From assembly GCA_031430645.1 (NCBI GenBank), contig JANPBY010000004.1, forward strand, positions 4,337 to 68,336: a stretch of 64,000 bases of DNA, given 5' to 3'. A program made the position numbers and the translations under genes. Numbering within the stretch: the first letter of the stretch is position 1; each line of letters starts with the position of its first letter. Shown piece by piece: positions 1 through 9,224 of this stretch. Source of the DNA: Actinomycetes bacterium. Its GTDB lineage: Bacteria > Actinomycetota > Actinomycetes > DATJPE01. Below the pieces are notes generated by a model, which searched no databases, had not been told where the DNA came from, and worked only from the letters and a program-made list of their open reading frames with translations.

Positions 1-971
1 CGCACCACGGTGTTGGGCGGATCGTCGGCGGAGCCGGCGCCGTCCCCGGAACCGCCACGACGGCGTCTGCGACGCCTGCGGGTCCCGGTGCCGGTCGATC
101 CCTCGTCGTCGTCCTCGCCGTCCGCCCCAGTTTCCTCGTCGCCACGGCCTTCCACCGAGTCCGGCGGGACGTCGCTCCCCGCGGGAGCGTTGCCGTCGTC
201 GGCGTTGCCCGGCTCGGAGCCGTCGGACCCGGCCTCGGTGTTCTGCCCGCCACGGCCACGTCGACCGCGACCCCCACGACGACGGCGGCGGCGCACAGTG
301 CCGTCACCGGACTCGTCGTCGCCGTCTTCTCCGGCGCCGGGCTCGCCCCCAGGCCCGTCGTCGGAGTCGAAGTCCAGGCGCGTCACGTCGGTCGCGCCCG
401 CGTCGAGGTCCTCGGCGATCGGTTCTTCGACCCTGGCCCTGGACCGCCGTCGGCGGGGTGCCTCGGCTTGCTCGGGGTCCGGCGGCTGGAAGACCACGAC
501 CGAAGCGCTGTCCGGGGCGGCCGAGCTGGGCGCCGTCGTGGAATCGACAGCAGCCTCGGACTCTTTAGGGGTGGAGAAAACAGCAGGTGCGGCCTTCTTG
601 CGAGTCCGCTTGGGCTTGGCTGGCGGATCGCCCTGTGCACTTTGCGGCCCGGCATCCACAGCGTCTGCGGGCGCGGGCGGCGCTACCTCGGCCGACGGGG
701 CGTCCGCGGCGGTCGCCTTCTTGGTTGCGCGCTTGCGGGGGGCCGACGTCGCCTTGGCGGGAACGGCAGCCTTCGTCGGCACGCCAGCCGCCGGGACGCT
801 CGGAGGAGCCTCGGCGGACGGAGCCGCAACCGGCGGTGGTCCGGCAGGTCGGCTCGCTGCCCGGCGGCGGGTGCGGGTGGCTGCTGGCGTTGCCGCACCG
901 CCGCTGCTGCCCGTGGTCGCGTTGTCAGCCTTGCTGTCGGTTGTCGTGCTGTCCTTGGGGTTGTCGACCAT
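1..971 (-). CDS. rne: Ribonuclease E/G family, N-terminal disordered region (partial, continues beyond window start)
   Basis: Manual translation from ATG 971 (GGAGG RBS upstream): MVDNPKDSTT...TRRRAASRPAGPP...RRRRRRGGRG...DDPPNTVVR, typical of actinobacterial Rne N-termini; usual position after the TIGR03936 gene. Missing from ORF track because no stop lies in the window. Confidence 0.8.
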   Translation of the reverse strand, partial: MVDNPKDSTTTDSKADNATTGSSGGAATPAATRTRRRAASRPAGPPPVAAPSAEAPPSVPAAGVPTKAAVPAKATSAPRKRATKKATAADAPSAEVAPPAPADAVDAGPQSAQGDPPAKPKRTRKKAAPAVFSTPKESEAAVDSTTAPSSAAPDSASVVVFQPPDPEQAEAPRRRRSRARVEEPIAEDLDAGATDVTRLDFDSDDGPGGEPGAGEDGDDESGDGTVRRRRRRGGRGRRGRGGQNTEAGSDGSEPGNADDGNAPAGSDVPPDSVEGRGDEETGADGEDDDEGSTGTGTRRRRRRRRGGSGDGAGSADDPPNTVV

Positions 972-1135
972 CAGGTCTGCTCCTCCAGGCCCCCGGGCTT
1001 CGCTGCCCCGTGGGGCCGCACTGCCGCGCGGGAGCCATTCTGTTCACCGAGGGGCCGGCACGGTCTGTTGAGGACCGCCACGTTGCCCCGCGTAAGCCTG
1101 GGGGGCACCTGCACCAGCCCGGTCGGTCTGACCGG

Positions 1136-1897
1136 TCAGGTCGGCACGGGTGCCAGTGGGTCGCCGACAGTGCCGGCTGCCACGTCGAGTGGTCCCTGCG
1201 CCAGCCGGGTCACCTGAGGTGGGACCGGCGGCGCCAAGTGAGCCACCAAACGCAGCGCGCTGAGCACGTCGTCGGGTCTTACGGACGGTGTGACGTGCCG
1301 CAGGACCACGTCCAGTATCGCACACGGAGGCTCCCCCACCCCCGAAACGGCGCCTGAAACCTCCGCTCGCCCGATGAGCACGAGCACCGGCCCGCGGGCA
1401 TCGAAGGAGCGGATGCCGTTTTTGGTGAGCCGCTCGACCAGCACCTCCTCCGCCGCCAGGAACGTGCCGACCGCAAGCCTTACGTCGTCGAGATCGGCGC
1501 CCGGCAACCGGATCTCCCACGTCGAGGCTTCCAGCAGGTCGGCCAGCGCACCGGGTGCCGCTTCGACGACCTCGACGATGTCGAGCCCTGGGGGCAGCGC
1601 CTTGTCGAGGGAGGCCCGGAGTCGGTCCGGGTCGCAGCGCTGGGCCACGCCGATCTCGAGGTACTCCGCCTCGCTCGCGGTGCCGGTGGGAGCGGCGTTT
1701 GCGTAGGAAATCTTCGGGTGCGGGGAGAAGCCGGCCGAGTAGGCCATGGGTACGGCCGAGCGGCGCAGCGCGCGCTCGAAGGCACGGGCGAAGTCCCGAT
1801 GCGAGGTGAACCGAAGGCGGCCCCGCTTGGCGTAGCGGATCCGCAGTCGCTGGACGGTGGGCGGCGGGGGTGGACCGTCGGGGGTACGAGCCGGCAT
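1136..1897 (-). CDS. TIGR03936 family radical SAM-linked protein (DUF2344)
   Basis: QRLRIRYAKRGRLRFTSHRDFARAFERALRR...YSAGFSPHPKISYANAAPTG..SEAEYLE signature; ATG 1897 overlaps the upstream stop (TGATG). Confidence 0.9.
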   Translation of the reverse strand: MPARTPDGPPPPPTVQRLRIRYAKRGRLRFTSHRDFARAFERALRRSAVPMAYSAGFSPHPKISYANAAPTGTASEAEYLEIGVAQRCDPDRLRASLDKALPPGLDIVEVVEAAPGALADLLEASTWEIRLPGADLDDVRLAVGTFLAAEEVLVERLTKNGIRSFDARGPVLVLIGRAEVSGAVSGVGEPPCAILDVVLRHVTPSVRPDDVLSALRLVAHLAPPVPPQVTRLAQGPLDVAAGTVGDPLAPVPT

Positions 1898-2469
1898 CAG
1901 CGCGCGGCCAGCGCAGCGGCGATCGCGGCCTCTGCGGCGGCGGCGTCCTCGTCCGGACACATCGGCATGAAGTCCACCCACATCGCCAGCATGGATCCGC
2001 GCAGCTGGAGGGCGCCGAAGGGCCGCGGCATGAACCAGAGGTGGAAGTGCTCGCCGCCATCGCCCCACCGGGCGACGTGCACACGGCCGACTCCCCCGAG
2101 CCCCAGGATCGCCCGCTCGATCCGGGCGGTCAGCGGGCCAAGCTCGAGAAGCAGCTCGTCGCTCAGATCGGCGAAGGAGTCGTGGTGGGCCCGCGTCTCG
2201 AGCAGGACTTGGCCCAGCAGCTCCGTGGGACGGTACGGGCGCAACCGCCAGTTTCGGTCGGACCACAGGAAGTCTGAGTCGGGGGCCGCACACGAACGGC
2301 AGCCCTGGCCGCCCTCCCCTGAGCGAGGCGGCTCCTCATCTGCGAGTGGGAGCAGTTCCTTCACCCGTACGTCTCCGGTGAAGGGGAACCACGGGTCGTC
2401 GAGCAGCTCTGCGGGGACCGGCGGCCGTACGGCTCCGTGCGCGGTCAGCACCACCCGCTCGTCGGTCAT
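1897..2469 (-). CDS. HIT-like superfamily protein
   Basis: CRSC zinc motif near the N-terminus; VHVARWGDGGEHFHLWFMPRP resembles an HxHxH triad with the third His replaced by Trp; ATGA-coupled to the radical SAM gene. Confidence 0.65.
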   Translation of the reverse strand: MTDERVVLTAHGAVRPPVPAELLDDPWFPFTGDVRVKELLPLADEEPPRSGEGGQGCRSCAAPDSDFLWSDRNWRLRPYRPTELLGQVLLETRAHHDSFADLSDELLLELGPLTARIERAILGLGGVGRVHVARWGDGGEHFHLWFMPRPFGALQLRGSMLAMWVDFMPMCPDEDAAAAEAAIAAALAAR

Positions 2470-4451
2470 GCGCTCTGCGGTGATGGGGCCAGCGCCACCT
2501 CGAGGGCGGGCGAGGGCACCACCGTCAATGGAAGCAACGTGATGCCGGTGGGGCCGACCTGGATGTCGGTGCCCATCTGGGGGCACACACCGCAGTCGAA
2601 GCACGGGGTCCAGCGACAGTCGTCGACCTCAACCTCTGACAGCGCATCCTGCCAGTCCTCCCAGAGCCACTCTTTGTCCAGGCCGGAGTCGAGGTGGTCC
2701 CAAGGAAGCACCTCGGACTGCTCGCGCTCCCGGGTGGTGAACCACGCGACGTCGACGCCGGTGTCTGCTAAACCTCGATCAGCGGCGGCCATCCAGGCAT
2801 CGAAGGAGAAGTGCTCGCTCCAGCCGTCGAAGCGCGCACCCTGCTCCCAGACTCCTCGGATGACAGCGCCGATCCGTCGGTCGCCGCGTGACAGAAGTCC
2901 CTCGACAGTGCCGGGCTTGCCGTCGTGGTAGCGAACGCCGATCGCACGGGCGAACTGCTTGTCCGCCCGGATCGCCTCACGGAGCTTGGCCAGCCGGGCG
3001 TCGGTGGTCTCGTGATCGAGCTGAGCGGCCCACTGAAACGGCGTGTGCGGCTTAGGCACGAAGCCACCGATCGAGACGGTGCAACGGATATCGCGGCTAC
3101 CACTGGCCTCGCGGCCGGCGCGGATGACGTTCTTCGCCATCTCGGCGATCTGCAGGACGTCCTCGTCTGTCTCGGTGGGGAGACCGCACATGAAGTACAG
3201 CTTCACCTGACGCCACCCGGCGGCGTACGCCGTGGTGACGGTGCGGATTAGGTCTTCCTCACTGACCATCTTGTTGATGACGCGACGCAGGCGCTCGGAT
3301 CCGCCTTCCGGCGCGAAGGTCAGGCCGGAGCGGCGGCCGTTGCGCGAGAGCTCGTTGGCGAGGTCGACGTTGAACGCATCGACCCGGGTGCTGGGCAGCG
3401 ACAGGCTCGTGTTGGTGCCCTCGTAGCGGTCGGCGAGGCCCTTGGCGACCTGGCCGATCTCGGAGTGGTCGGCGCTGGAGAGGCTGAGCAGGCCGACCTC
3501 CTCGTAGCCGGACGCGGCGAGCCCGCGCTCAACCATCTCGCCGATGCCGGTGATAGAGCGCTCGCGAACCGGGCGGGTGATCATGCCGGCCTGGCAGAAC
3601 CGGCAGCCGCGCGTGCAACCGCGGAAGATCTCGACGCTCATCCGCTCGTGGACGGTTTCGGCCAGCGGGACGAGCGGCTGCTTGGGATAGGGCCACTGGT
3701 CGAGGTCCATCACCGTGTGCTTGGCGACCCGCCACGGGACACCCGGCCGGTTGGGAGCCACTCGACGGATCCGGCCGTCGGGCAAGTAGTCGACGTCATA
3801 GAACTGGGGGACATAGACCCCCCCGGTCCGGGCCAGCCGCAGCAACAGTTCCTCGCGCCCGCCGGGACGCCCTTCGCTCTTCCAGGCTGCCGTCACGTCG
3901 GAGATCTCGAGCACCGCCTGCTCGCCATCACCGAGCACGGCTGCGTCGATGAACTCCGCGATTGGCTCCGGGTTGAAGGCTGAGTGACCCCCGGCAATCA
4001 CGACGGGGTGGTCCACTGTGCGGTCGGTGGCGCGCAGCGGGATGCCCGCGAGGTCGAGCGCCGTGAGCATGTTCGTGTAGCCGAGCTCAGTGGAGAAGCT
4101 GATGCCGAACAGATCGAAGTCACCGACTGGACGGTGCCCGTCGACGGTGAACTGCGGCACCTGGTGCTCACGCATCAGGGCTTCGAGGTCGGGCCAGACG
4201 GCGTACGTGCGCTCCGCGAGAGTGTCGGGGCGCTCGTTGAGCACTTCGTACAAGATCATGACGCCCTGGTTGGGCAGCCCGACCTCATAGGCATCGGGAT
4301 ACATCAGCGTCCACCGGACCATGGCGTCGCCATCGCCCCAGGGCTTCACTTGGGCGTTCAGCTCACCGCCGACGTACTGAATCGGCTTGGTCACCAGCGG
4401 CAACAGCGCCTCGAGGCGCGCGAACACCGAGTCACCCGACCGCTCAACCAT
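2466..4451 (-). CDS. TIGR03960 family B12-binding radical SAM protein
   Basis: KPIQYVGGELN, YPDAYEVGLPNQG, CTRGCRFC (CxxxCxxC), C-terminal CRWTPCFDCGVC. Confidence 0.92.
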   Translation of the reverse strand: MVERSGDSVFARLEALLPLVTKPIQYVGGELNAQVKPWGDGDAMVRWTLMYPDAYEVGLPNQGVMILYEVLNERPDTLAERTYAVWPDLEALMREHQVPQFTVDGHRPVGDFDLFGISFSTELGYTNMLTALDLAGIPLRATDRTVDHPVVIAGGHSAFNPEPIAEFIDAAVLGDGEQAVLEISDVTAAWKSEGRPGGREELLLRLARTGGVYVPQFYDVDYLPDGRIRRVAPNRPGVPWRVAKHTVMDLDQWPYPKQPLVPLAETVHERMSVEIFRGCTRGCRFCQAGMITRPVRERSITGIGEMVERGLAASGYEEVGLLSLSSADHSEIGQVAKGLADRYEGTNTSLSLPSTRVDAFNVDLANELSRNGRRSGLTFAPEGGSERLRRVINKMVSEEDLIRTVTTAYAAGWRQVKLYFMCGLPTETDEDVLQIAEMAKNVIRAGREASGSRDIRCTVSIGGFVPKPHTPFQWAAQLDHETTDARLAKLREAIRADKQFARAIGVRYHDGKPGTVEGLLSRGDRRIGAVIRGVWEQGARFDGWSEHFSFDAWMAAADRGLADTGVDVAWFTTREREQSEVLPWDHLDSGLDKEWLWEDWQDALSEVEVDDCRWTPCFDCGVCPQMGTDIQVGPTGITLLPLTVVPSPALEVALAPSPQSA

Positions 4452-4458
4452 GCGGGCA

Positions 4459-4464
4459 ACCCTA
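4459..4464 (-). promoter_or_regulatory. -10 box TAGGGT of a probable leaderless transcript for the radical SAM operon
   Basis: TAGGGT (TANNNT) lies 7 nt upstream of ATG 4451, with no SD sequence. Confidence 0.55.
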
Positions 4465-4492
4465 CGCGTCGTCCCCCACGCCGCCACTCTTC

Positions 4493-4552
4493 GTTGATCT
4501 TGAGAGATGTACGGGCGACACGCACGCGCATCGCGCTTCTCTCAAGATCAAC
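4493..4552. repeat. Palindromic hairpin element, left copy (GTTGATCTTGAGAGA-N30-TCTCTCAAGATCAAC)
   Basis: Perfect 15-bp inverted repeat 4493-4507/4538-4552 with a 30-nt spacer; shares the 13-bp arm TGATCTTGAGAGA with the 5601-5662 copy. Confidence 0.92.
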
Positions 4553-4641
4553 CTGGTTGCGGTTCATCAACAGGGGCCGGACTATCCACAAGACCAGCCG
4601 GGAGACTCGGCGGCCCAGCCGCAGCGCCGCACTGTGGACGC

Positions 4642-5588
4642 ATGGCCGGTCCACCGGAAGCCGCAGCGCACGCGCTTGCGTCTAGGCAACTCGGCCTGAT
4701 CACGGCCAAGCAGCTGGCGCGGCTCGGGCTAAGCCGGGGCCGGCTCGCTCATCGGCTCACCACCGGCGCCACACGATCCGTCCTCCCGGGTGTCTACCTC
4801 TTCGATGCCTGGTTACACGCCGAGACTTGGGACGGTCTGCCCTTGGATACCCGGGTGCGGGCAACGGTCCTGTTCCACGGGCCGCAGGCTGTGCTCTGCC
4901 TCGACGCGGCGGCTCGGCTCCTGGGGATCGGCGGAGTGGGCTTGGACTGCGGCGTCATTCATGTCCAGCTGCCACCCGGCACGGAGCGTCATCAAGTGTG
5001 GCGGGCGTGATGATCCACACCCGACTGCTCGCCGCTGATGAAGTCATGATCGTCAACGGGATCCCCGTCACGACACCACAGCGCACCGTCCTCGACCTTG
5101 TGCTCAGTTCAGACCGACTGCGCGCCGTCTCCATCCTGGACTCCGCGCTCAATGGCAAACTGATCGACCCGGCGGACATTCCGGACATGAGGCGGAGGGG
5201 GTGGCGGCGGCGGGGCGCGGCCATCGCCCGGGGGTGGTGGGACCTCGCCGACGGCCGAGCCCAATCACCCCTCGAGACCGACGTACGGCTGATCGCGACT
5301 GACGCTGACATGCCCCCTGACGAACTCCAGTACCCCGTGCGAGATTCATGGGGGACGCTACTCGGGTACGGCGATCTCGCGTGGCTACGGCCGGGTCGCC
5401 GCACGCTCATTGCCGAAGCCGACGGCAAAGAGCCCCACAGTCGGCCGCAGGCGCTGTTCCGGGACCGCCACCGGGCCAATGACTTCATCACCACCGGAGA
5501 CGTGGACATCGTCCGGTTCACTGCTGCCGACACCTATCGCAAGGCGTACATCGTCAGCCAACTCAGGCGGCTCCTAGGCCGCGAGTAA
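4642..5588 (+). pseudogene. AbiEi-antitoxin-like N-domain + DUF559/Vsr-like PD-(D/E)xK endonuclease, split by a frameshift near 4996-5010
   Basis: 5' part MAGPPEAAAHALASRQLGLITAKQL...VLPGVY stops at 5010. 3' frame continues VAGVMIH...GIPVTTPQRTVLDL...AQSPLETDVRL...GYGDLAW...LIAEADGKEPH...RDRHRANDF. Removing one TG from GTGTG (4996-5000) restores a single 314-aa ORF. Confidence 0.75.
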
Positions 5589-5600
5589 GCCCAAAATAGT

Positions 5601-5662
5601 CGCTGATCTTGAGAGAAGCACGCGCGGTACGGCGCGGCATTGTGCATCTCTCAAGATCAGCG
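5601..5662. repeat. Palindromic hairpin element, right copy (CGCTGATCTTGAGAGA-N30-TCTCTCAAGATCAGCG)
   Basis: Perfect 16-bp inverted repeat 5601-5616/5647-5662 with a 30-nt spacer; inverted relative to the left copy as judged by the spacer ends. Confidence 0.92.
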
Positions 5663-5669
5663 GGACGTC

Positions 5670-5704
5670 GGGGCTAAGGCGGGGCGAGGCGGGGCGGGGC
5701 GGGG
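5670..5704 (+). repeat. G-tract repeat (five GGGG runs), potential G-quadruplex
   Basis: GGGG at 5670, 5681, 5691, 5696 and 5701, abutting the rodA stop. Confidence 0.6.
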
Positions 5705-6895
5705 TCAGGCGTAGCGGCGCATGTGGACGTTCAACAACAGACCTACGGCCATGAGGGAGGCAAACATCGACGTCCCGCCGTAGGAAACGAAGGGCAACGG
5801 CACGCCCGTCATTGGCATGATGCCGAGAGTCATCCCGATGTTCTCGAATATCTGGAACGTGAACCAGCAGACGATCCCGGTCGCTACGAGCCGGCCGAAC
5901 ATGTCGTCGGATCGCATCGCGATCCGGCAGGCCCGCCACAACACGATGCCGAGCAGCACGATGATGCCGACCGCTCCGACAAAACCGAGCTCCTCCCCTG
6001 CCACCGTGAAGATGAAGTCGGTCTGCTGCTCAGGGATGAACTTCCCGTTCGTCTGGGTGCCCTGGAAGAGGCCCGACCCAGTGAAGCCTCCGGAACCGAT
6101 CGCGATCCGGGCCTGCTTGAGCTGGTAGCCGGCGCCGCCTGGGTCGAACTCGGGGTTGGTGAAGGCAGCGAAGCGGTTGATCTGGTAGCTCGACAGGACT
6201 CCGGCCTGAATCGCGAGCCCTGCTCCCAACGCCCCGAGGGCGACCAGCCCGGCGATCCATGGAGCTGGAGTTCCAGCCACCGCAAGGATCCCCAGCACGA
6301 GGAAACCGATGATGATCGTCGTACCGAGGTCGGGCTGCAGCATGATCAACGCGATGGGCACGGCCGCCACGAGCAGGGCCAATCCCACATCGACCATGCG
6401 CGGCTGGTCCTCCGCATCGCGCTTCTCGGACAAGATCATCGCCAGGCCGACACACAGCGCGACTTTGGCGAACTCCGAGGGCTGCACCGAGAAGCCGCCC
6501 GGCAAGACGATCCAGGAGTGCGAGCCGTTGACAGTGCTCCCAAGCGGCGAGAGCACGACAATGAGCCCGATCACCGAGGCGATGTAGACAAACGGCGCAT
6601 AGGCCCGCAGCATCCGGTAGTCGAAGAGCGCGATCGCGGCCGCGAGCACCAGCCCAATCGAGATGTTGAGCACGTTGCGCTTGAGGTAGGTCATCGGGTC
6701 GACGCCGGCATCGAGCAACCGTCCGCGGGTCGCGGAGTAGACGAGCAGCGTGCCGAGCGAGCACAGGGCGAGCACAGCGAGCACGAGGACCCAGTCGAGT
6801 CGACGGAGTACTGACTCGCGATCGGCCGCACGCGAGGCGAAGCCTCGTCGCCTGGACTGCTCGCCGAAGTTCGGGACCGGATAGCCGTAGGTCAT
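5705..6895 (-). CDS. rodA: Rod shape-determining SEDS protein RodA
   Basis: Multi-TM; GSHSWI..GGFSVQPSEFAK, QPDLGT, IPEQQTDFIF, GVPLPFVSYGG; ATGA overlap with mrdA. Confidence 0.93.
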   Translation of the reverse strand: MTYGYPVPNFGEQSRRRGFASRAADRESVLRRLDWVLVLAVLALCSLGTLLVYSATRGRLLDAGVDPMTYLKRNVLNISIGLVLAAAIALFDYRMLRAYAPFVYIASVIGLIVVLSPLGSTVNGSHSWIVLPGGFSVQPSEFAKVALCVGLAMILSEKRDAEDQPRMVDVGLALLVAAVPIALIMLQPDLGTTIIIGFLVLGILAVAGTPAPWIAGLVALGALGAGLAIQAGVLSSYQINRFAAFTNPEFDPGGAGYQLKQARIAIGSGGFTGSGLFQGTQTNGKFIPEQQTDFIFTVAGEELGFVGAVGIIVLLGIVLWRACRIAMRSDDMFGRLVATGIVCWFTFQIFENIGMTLGIMPMTGVPLPFVSYGGTSMFASLMAVGLLLNVHMRRYA

Positions 6896-9093
6896 AAGCC
6901 ACCACCCCTGCGCCAACCAGCGGCTGCAGCAGCTGAAGTGGAGGAAGCAGACGGGTCGGGCGCCGGAGTCGACGGGGTGGCCGGCGCGCTGGGCTGGAGC
7001 ACCACACCGTCTGAGCCGATCTTGGGCAGCCTCTTCGGCGGTTTGCCATTGGGAAGTACGGCTTTCGCGAGATCGAGCTTGTTGCCCGAAATGCCATACA
7101 ACGCCTCGTAGATCGTCCGAACTCCGGGGCCAGAGGTACCTGACCCCGTACCGCCCTGACTGACCATCATCACGATGGCGTACTGGGGGTCGTCATACGG
7201 CGCGAACGAGGCGAACCACGACGTGTCGTCCTTGCCGAAGACCTGTCCCGAACCAGTCTTTGCCGCCACCTTGATGGGGAAGGTCGATCCGAAGACCCCC
7301 GCAGCGGTGCCCCCAACCGTCACACCTCGGAGCGCATCCTGAAGGAAGGCGATGGTCGCAGCACTCGCGGGCAGTTGGCCCTCCTTGCGGGGCTTGAACT
7401 CCTTGACGACCGTGCCGTCCGGCGCGATCACAGCCTTCGCGACCTGTGGGGTCCACAACGTCCCGCCGTTTGCGATCGCGGCGTAGACGCGGGCCACTTG
7501 AAGCGGAGTGACGAGAGTGTCCCCCTGCCCGATCGCGAAGTTGACTGCGTCGCCCCCGCGGTACTGCCAACCATCGATGCAGTTCTCCGCCGCGATGGCC
7601 TTCAACGTCGCGGCTCGAGCCCGATCCTTCTCCTCCGGATAGCCCGTCTTCCCTCGCTCGCACCACGCGTCCTTGAGCTCGTCATACGTCGCCTGCCGGT
7701 CGGCGCGCGAGACGATCGCCCCTGCTGTCTCCGACGGCAGGTCGATCCCCGTCTTGGCGCCGTACCCAAACCCGCGCGCGGTGTTGACGAAATATTCGTT
7801 GGTCTTGCCCTTGGGGTCGTTTCCCCCGTCGCGCAACCAGCTCTCGTACCCCAGCTTGTAGAACACGGTGTTGCAGGAGACCGCGAGCGCCCGCTTCAGC
7901 GAGATGTCGCCGTAGGCACCGGTCTCGAAGTTCTTCTTGCTCACGTTTCCGACCTGGTAGGTCGAAGGACAGGGGTAGGTGCCGTTCAGGTTGTAGCCGG
8001 CCTTAGCGGCAGCAGCGGTGGACACCACTTTGAAGGTGGAGGCGGGAGCGAAGCCCGCACTCATGGCACGCGAGATCAGCGGAGTGTTGGCCTTCTTGCT
8101 TGTCAGTCGGTCGTACTGCTTCTGCGAGATCCCACCCACCCAGACTCCGGGGTCATAGCTCGGGTACGACGCCATCGCGACGATCCGACCGGTCTTGACA
8201 TCCATGACCACGACGGCGCCGGAGTCCGCCTTGTAGGAGTCACCCTTGTAGGTCTCACCTGCGCGGGCCGCCTTGATGCGATCAACCAGGGCCTTCTCAG
8301 CAATGGCCTGAACCTTGGCGTCGATGCTCGTAACCAGATAGTTGCCGGCGACGGGGTCGGTCTCGCCCACGGTGCCTGTGACACTGCCATCCCTGTCAAC
8401 CGCGAGCTGCTTCACCCCTGGCGTGCCGCGAAGGTAGCCGTCATAGACCTGCTCCAGCCCGGCCTTGCCGATCACGTCGCTCGCCCGAAGCTCAGGGCCG
8501 CCCTCGGCTTTGGCGTTCTCGACGTCAGTGTCGAGCACCGGACCGATGTAGCCGAGCATGTGCGCCGCGTTGGCCTTAGCCGGCGCGGGGTACTCGCGCA
8601 CTGCTTCGAGGTCGGCGCTGACCCCGGGGTAGTCCTCACGCCGTTCGAGCACGGTCAGGGCGACCTCGGTGCTCACATCGCGCGCCACCGGGATCGGCTG
8701 GTAGGGCGACCCGTACCAGCACACCCCGGGCTTTGCTCCCTCGGTCCCGCACAGCTGGACCCGATCGTTGATCTCAGCGAAGTCTGTCTTCAGCAGCCCG
8801 GCCAGCCTCGCCACGACAGCATCGCCGTCGTCGTCCTGCTTGCTCAGGGCCGTCCGGTCGACGGTCACGACGAGGGTCGTCCTGTTTTGGACCAGGGGGC
8901 GACCGCGATCGTCCAGGATCAGCCCGCGTACGGCCGGGGTGATGACCTCGCGTACCCGGTTCTCGGTCGCGGCCTGTTGATAGGTATCCCCCGCGATCAC
9001 CTGGAGATACCAGAGCCGGCCGACCAAGGTGGCGAGGAGTGAGAGCACGAGCACCTGTAGCACGAGCAGACGCAGGCTGGACCGCTCACTCAC
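6892..9093 (-). CDS. mrdA: Penicillin-binding protein 2
   Basis: N-terminal TM, RGLILD, catalytic motifs STFK (SxxK), SCN (SxN), KTG; in the mre cluster. GTG start at 9093. Confidence 0.93.
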   Translation of the reverse strand: MSERSSLRLLVLQVLVLSLLATLVGRLWYLQVIAGDTYQQAATENRVREVITPAVRGLILDDRGRPLVQNRTTLVVTVDRTALSKQDDDGDAVVARLAGLLKTDFAEINDRVQLCGTEGAKPGVCWYGSPYQPIPVARDVSTEVALTVLERREDYPGVSADLEAVREYPAPAKANAAHMLGYIGPVLDTDVENAKAEGGPELRASDVIGKAGLEQVYDGYLRGTPGVKQLAVDRDGSVTGTVGETDPVAGNYLVTSIDAKVQAIAEKALVDRIKAARAGETYKGDSYKADSGAVVVMDVKTGRIVAMASYPSYDPGVWVGGISQKQYDRLTSKKANTPLISRAMSAGFAPASTFKVVSTAAAAKAGYNLNGTYPCPSTYQVGNVSKKNFETGAYGDISLKRALAVSCNTVFYKLGYESWLRDGGNDPKGKTNEYFVNTARGFGYGAKTGIDLPSETAGAIVSRADRQATYDELKDAWCERGKTGYPEEKDRARAATLKAIAAENCIDGWQYRGGDAVNFAIGQGDTLVTPLQVARVYAAIANGGTLWTPQVAKAVIAPDGTVVKEFKPRKEGQLPASAATIAFLQDALRGVTVGGTAAGVFGSTFPIKVAAKTGSGQVFGKDDTSWFASFAPYDDPQYAIVMMVSQGGTGSGTSGPGVRTIYEALYGISGNKLDLAKAVLPNGKPPKRLPKIGSDGVVLQPSAPATPSTPAPDPSASSTSAAAAAGWRRGGGL

Positions 9094-9195
9094 GAGGGAC
9101 AGACTCCTGGCTGGGCTCACTGGGCATTGACATCGGACGGACGGTCCGACCGTAGGACGCACGGTCAGCCCGTGGGGTTCCTGTTGGCTAGATCA

Positions 9196-9223
9196 CAGCA
9201 GGCTCCCAGAACTGGAGCCGCTG
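9196..9223 (-). terminator. GC-rich hairpin immediately after mreD
   Basis: CAGCAGGCTCCCAG-AA-CTGGAGCCGCTG imperfect stem directly after the mreD stop, in a 131-nt gap; no U tract. Confidence 0.35.
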
Positions 9224-9224
9224 T

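Noticed and set aside
10-1071. Long plus-strand ORF and similar long antisense ORFs (7375-9042, 16713-18524, 21005-22426, 29771-31099, 43612-45108)
   Set aside because: These are shadows of real genes on the opposite strand, expected in high-GC DNA, and carry no recognisable motifs.
4642-5588. Complete type IV AbiE toxin-antitoxin system
   Set aside because: No AbiEii nucleotidyltransferase partner is adjacent; the C-terminal domain is DUF559-like.
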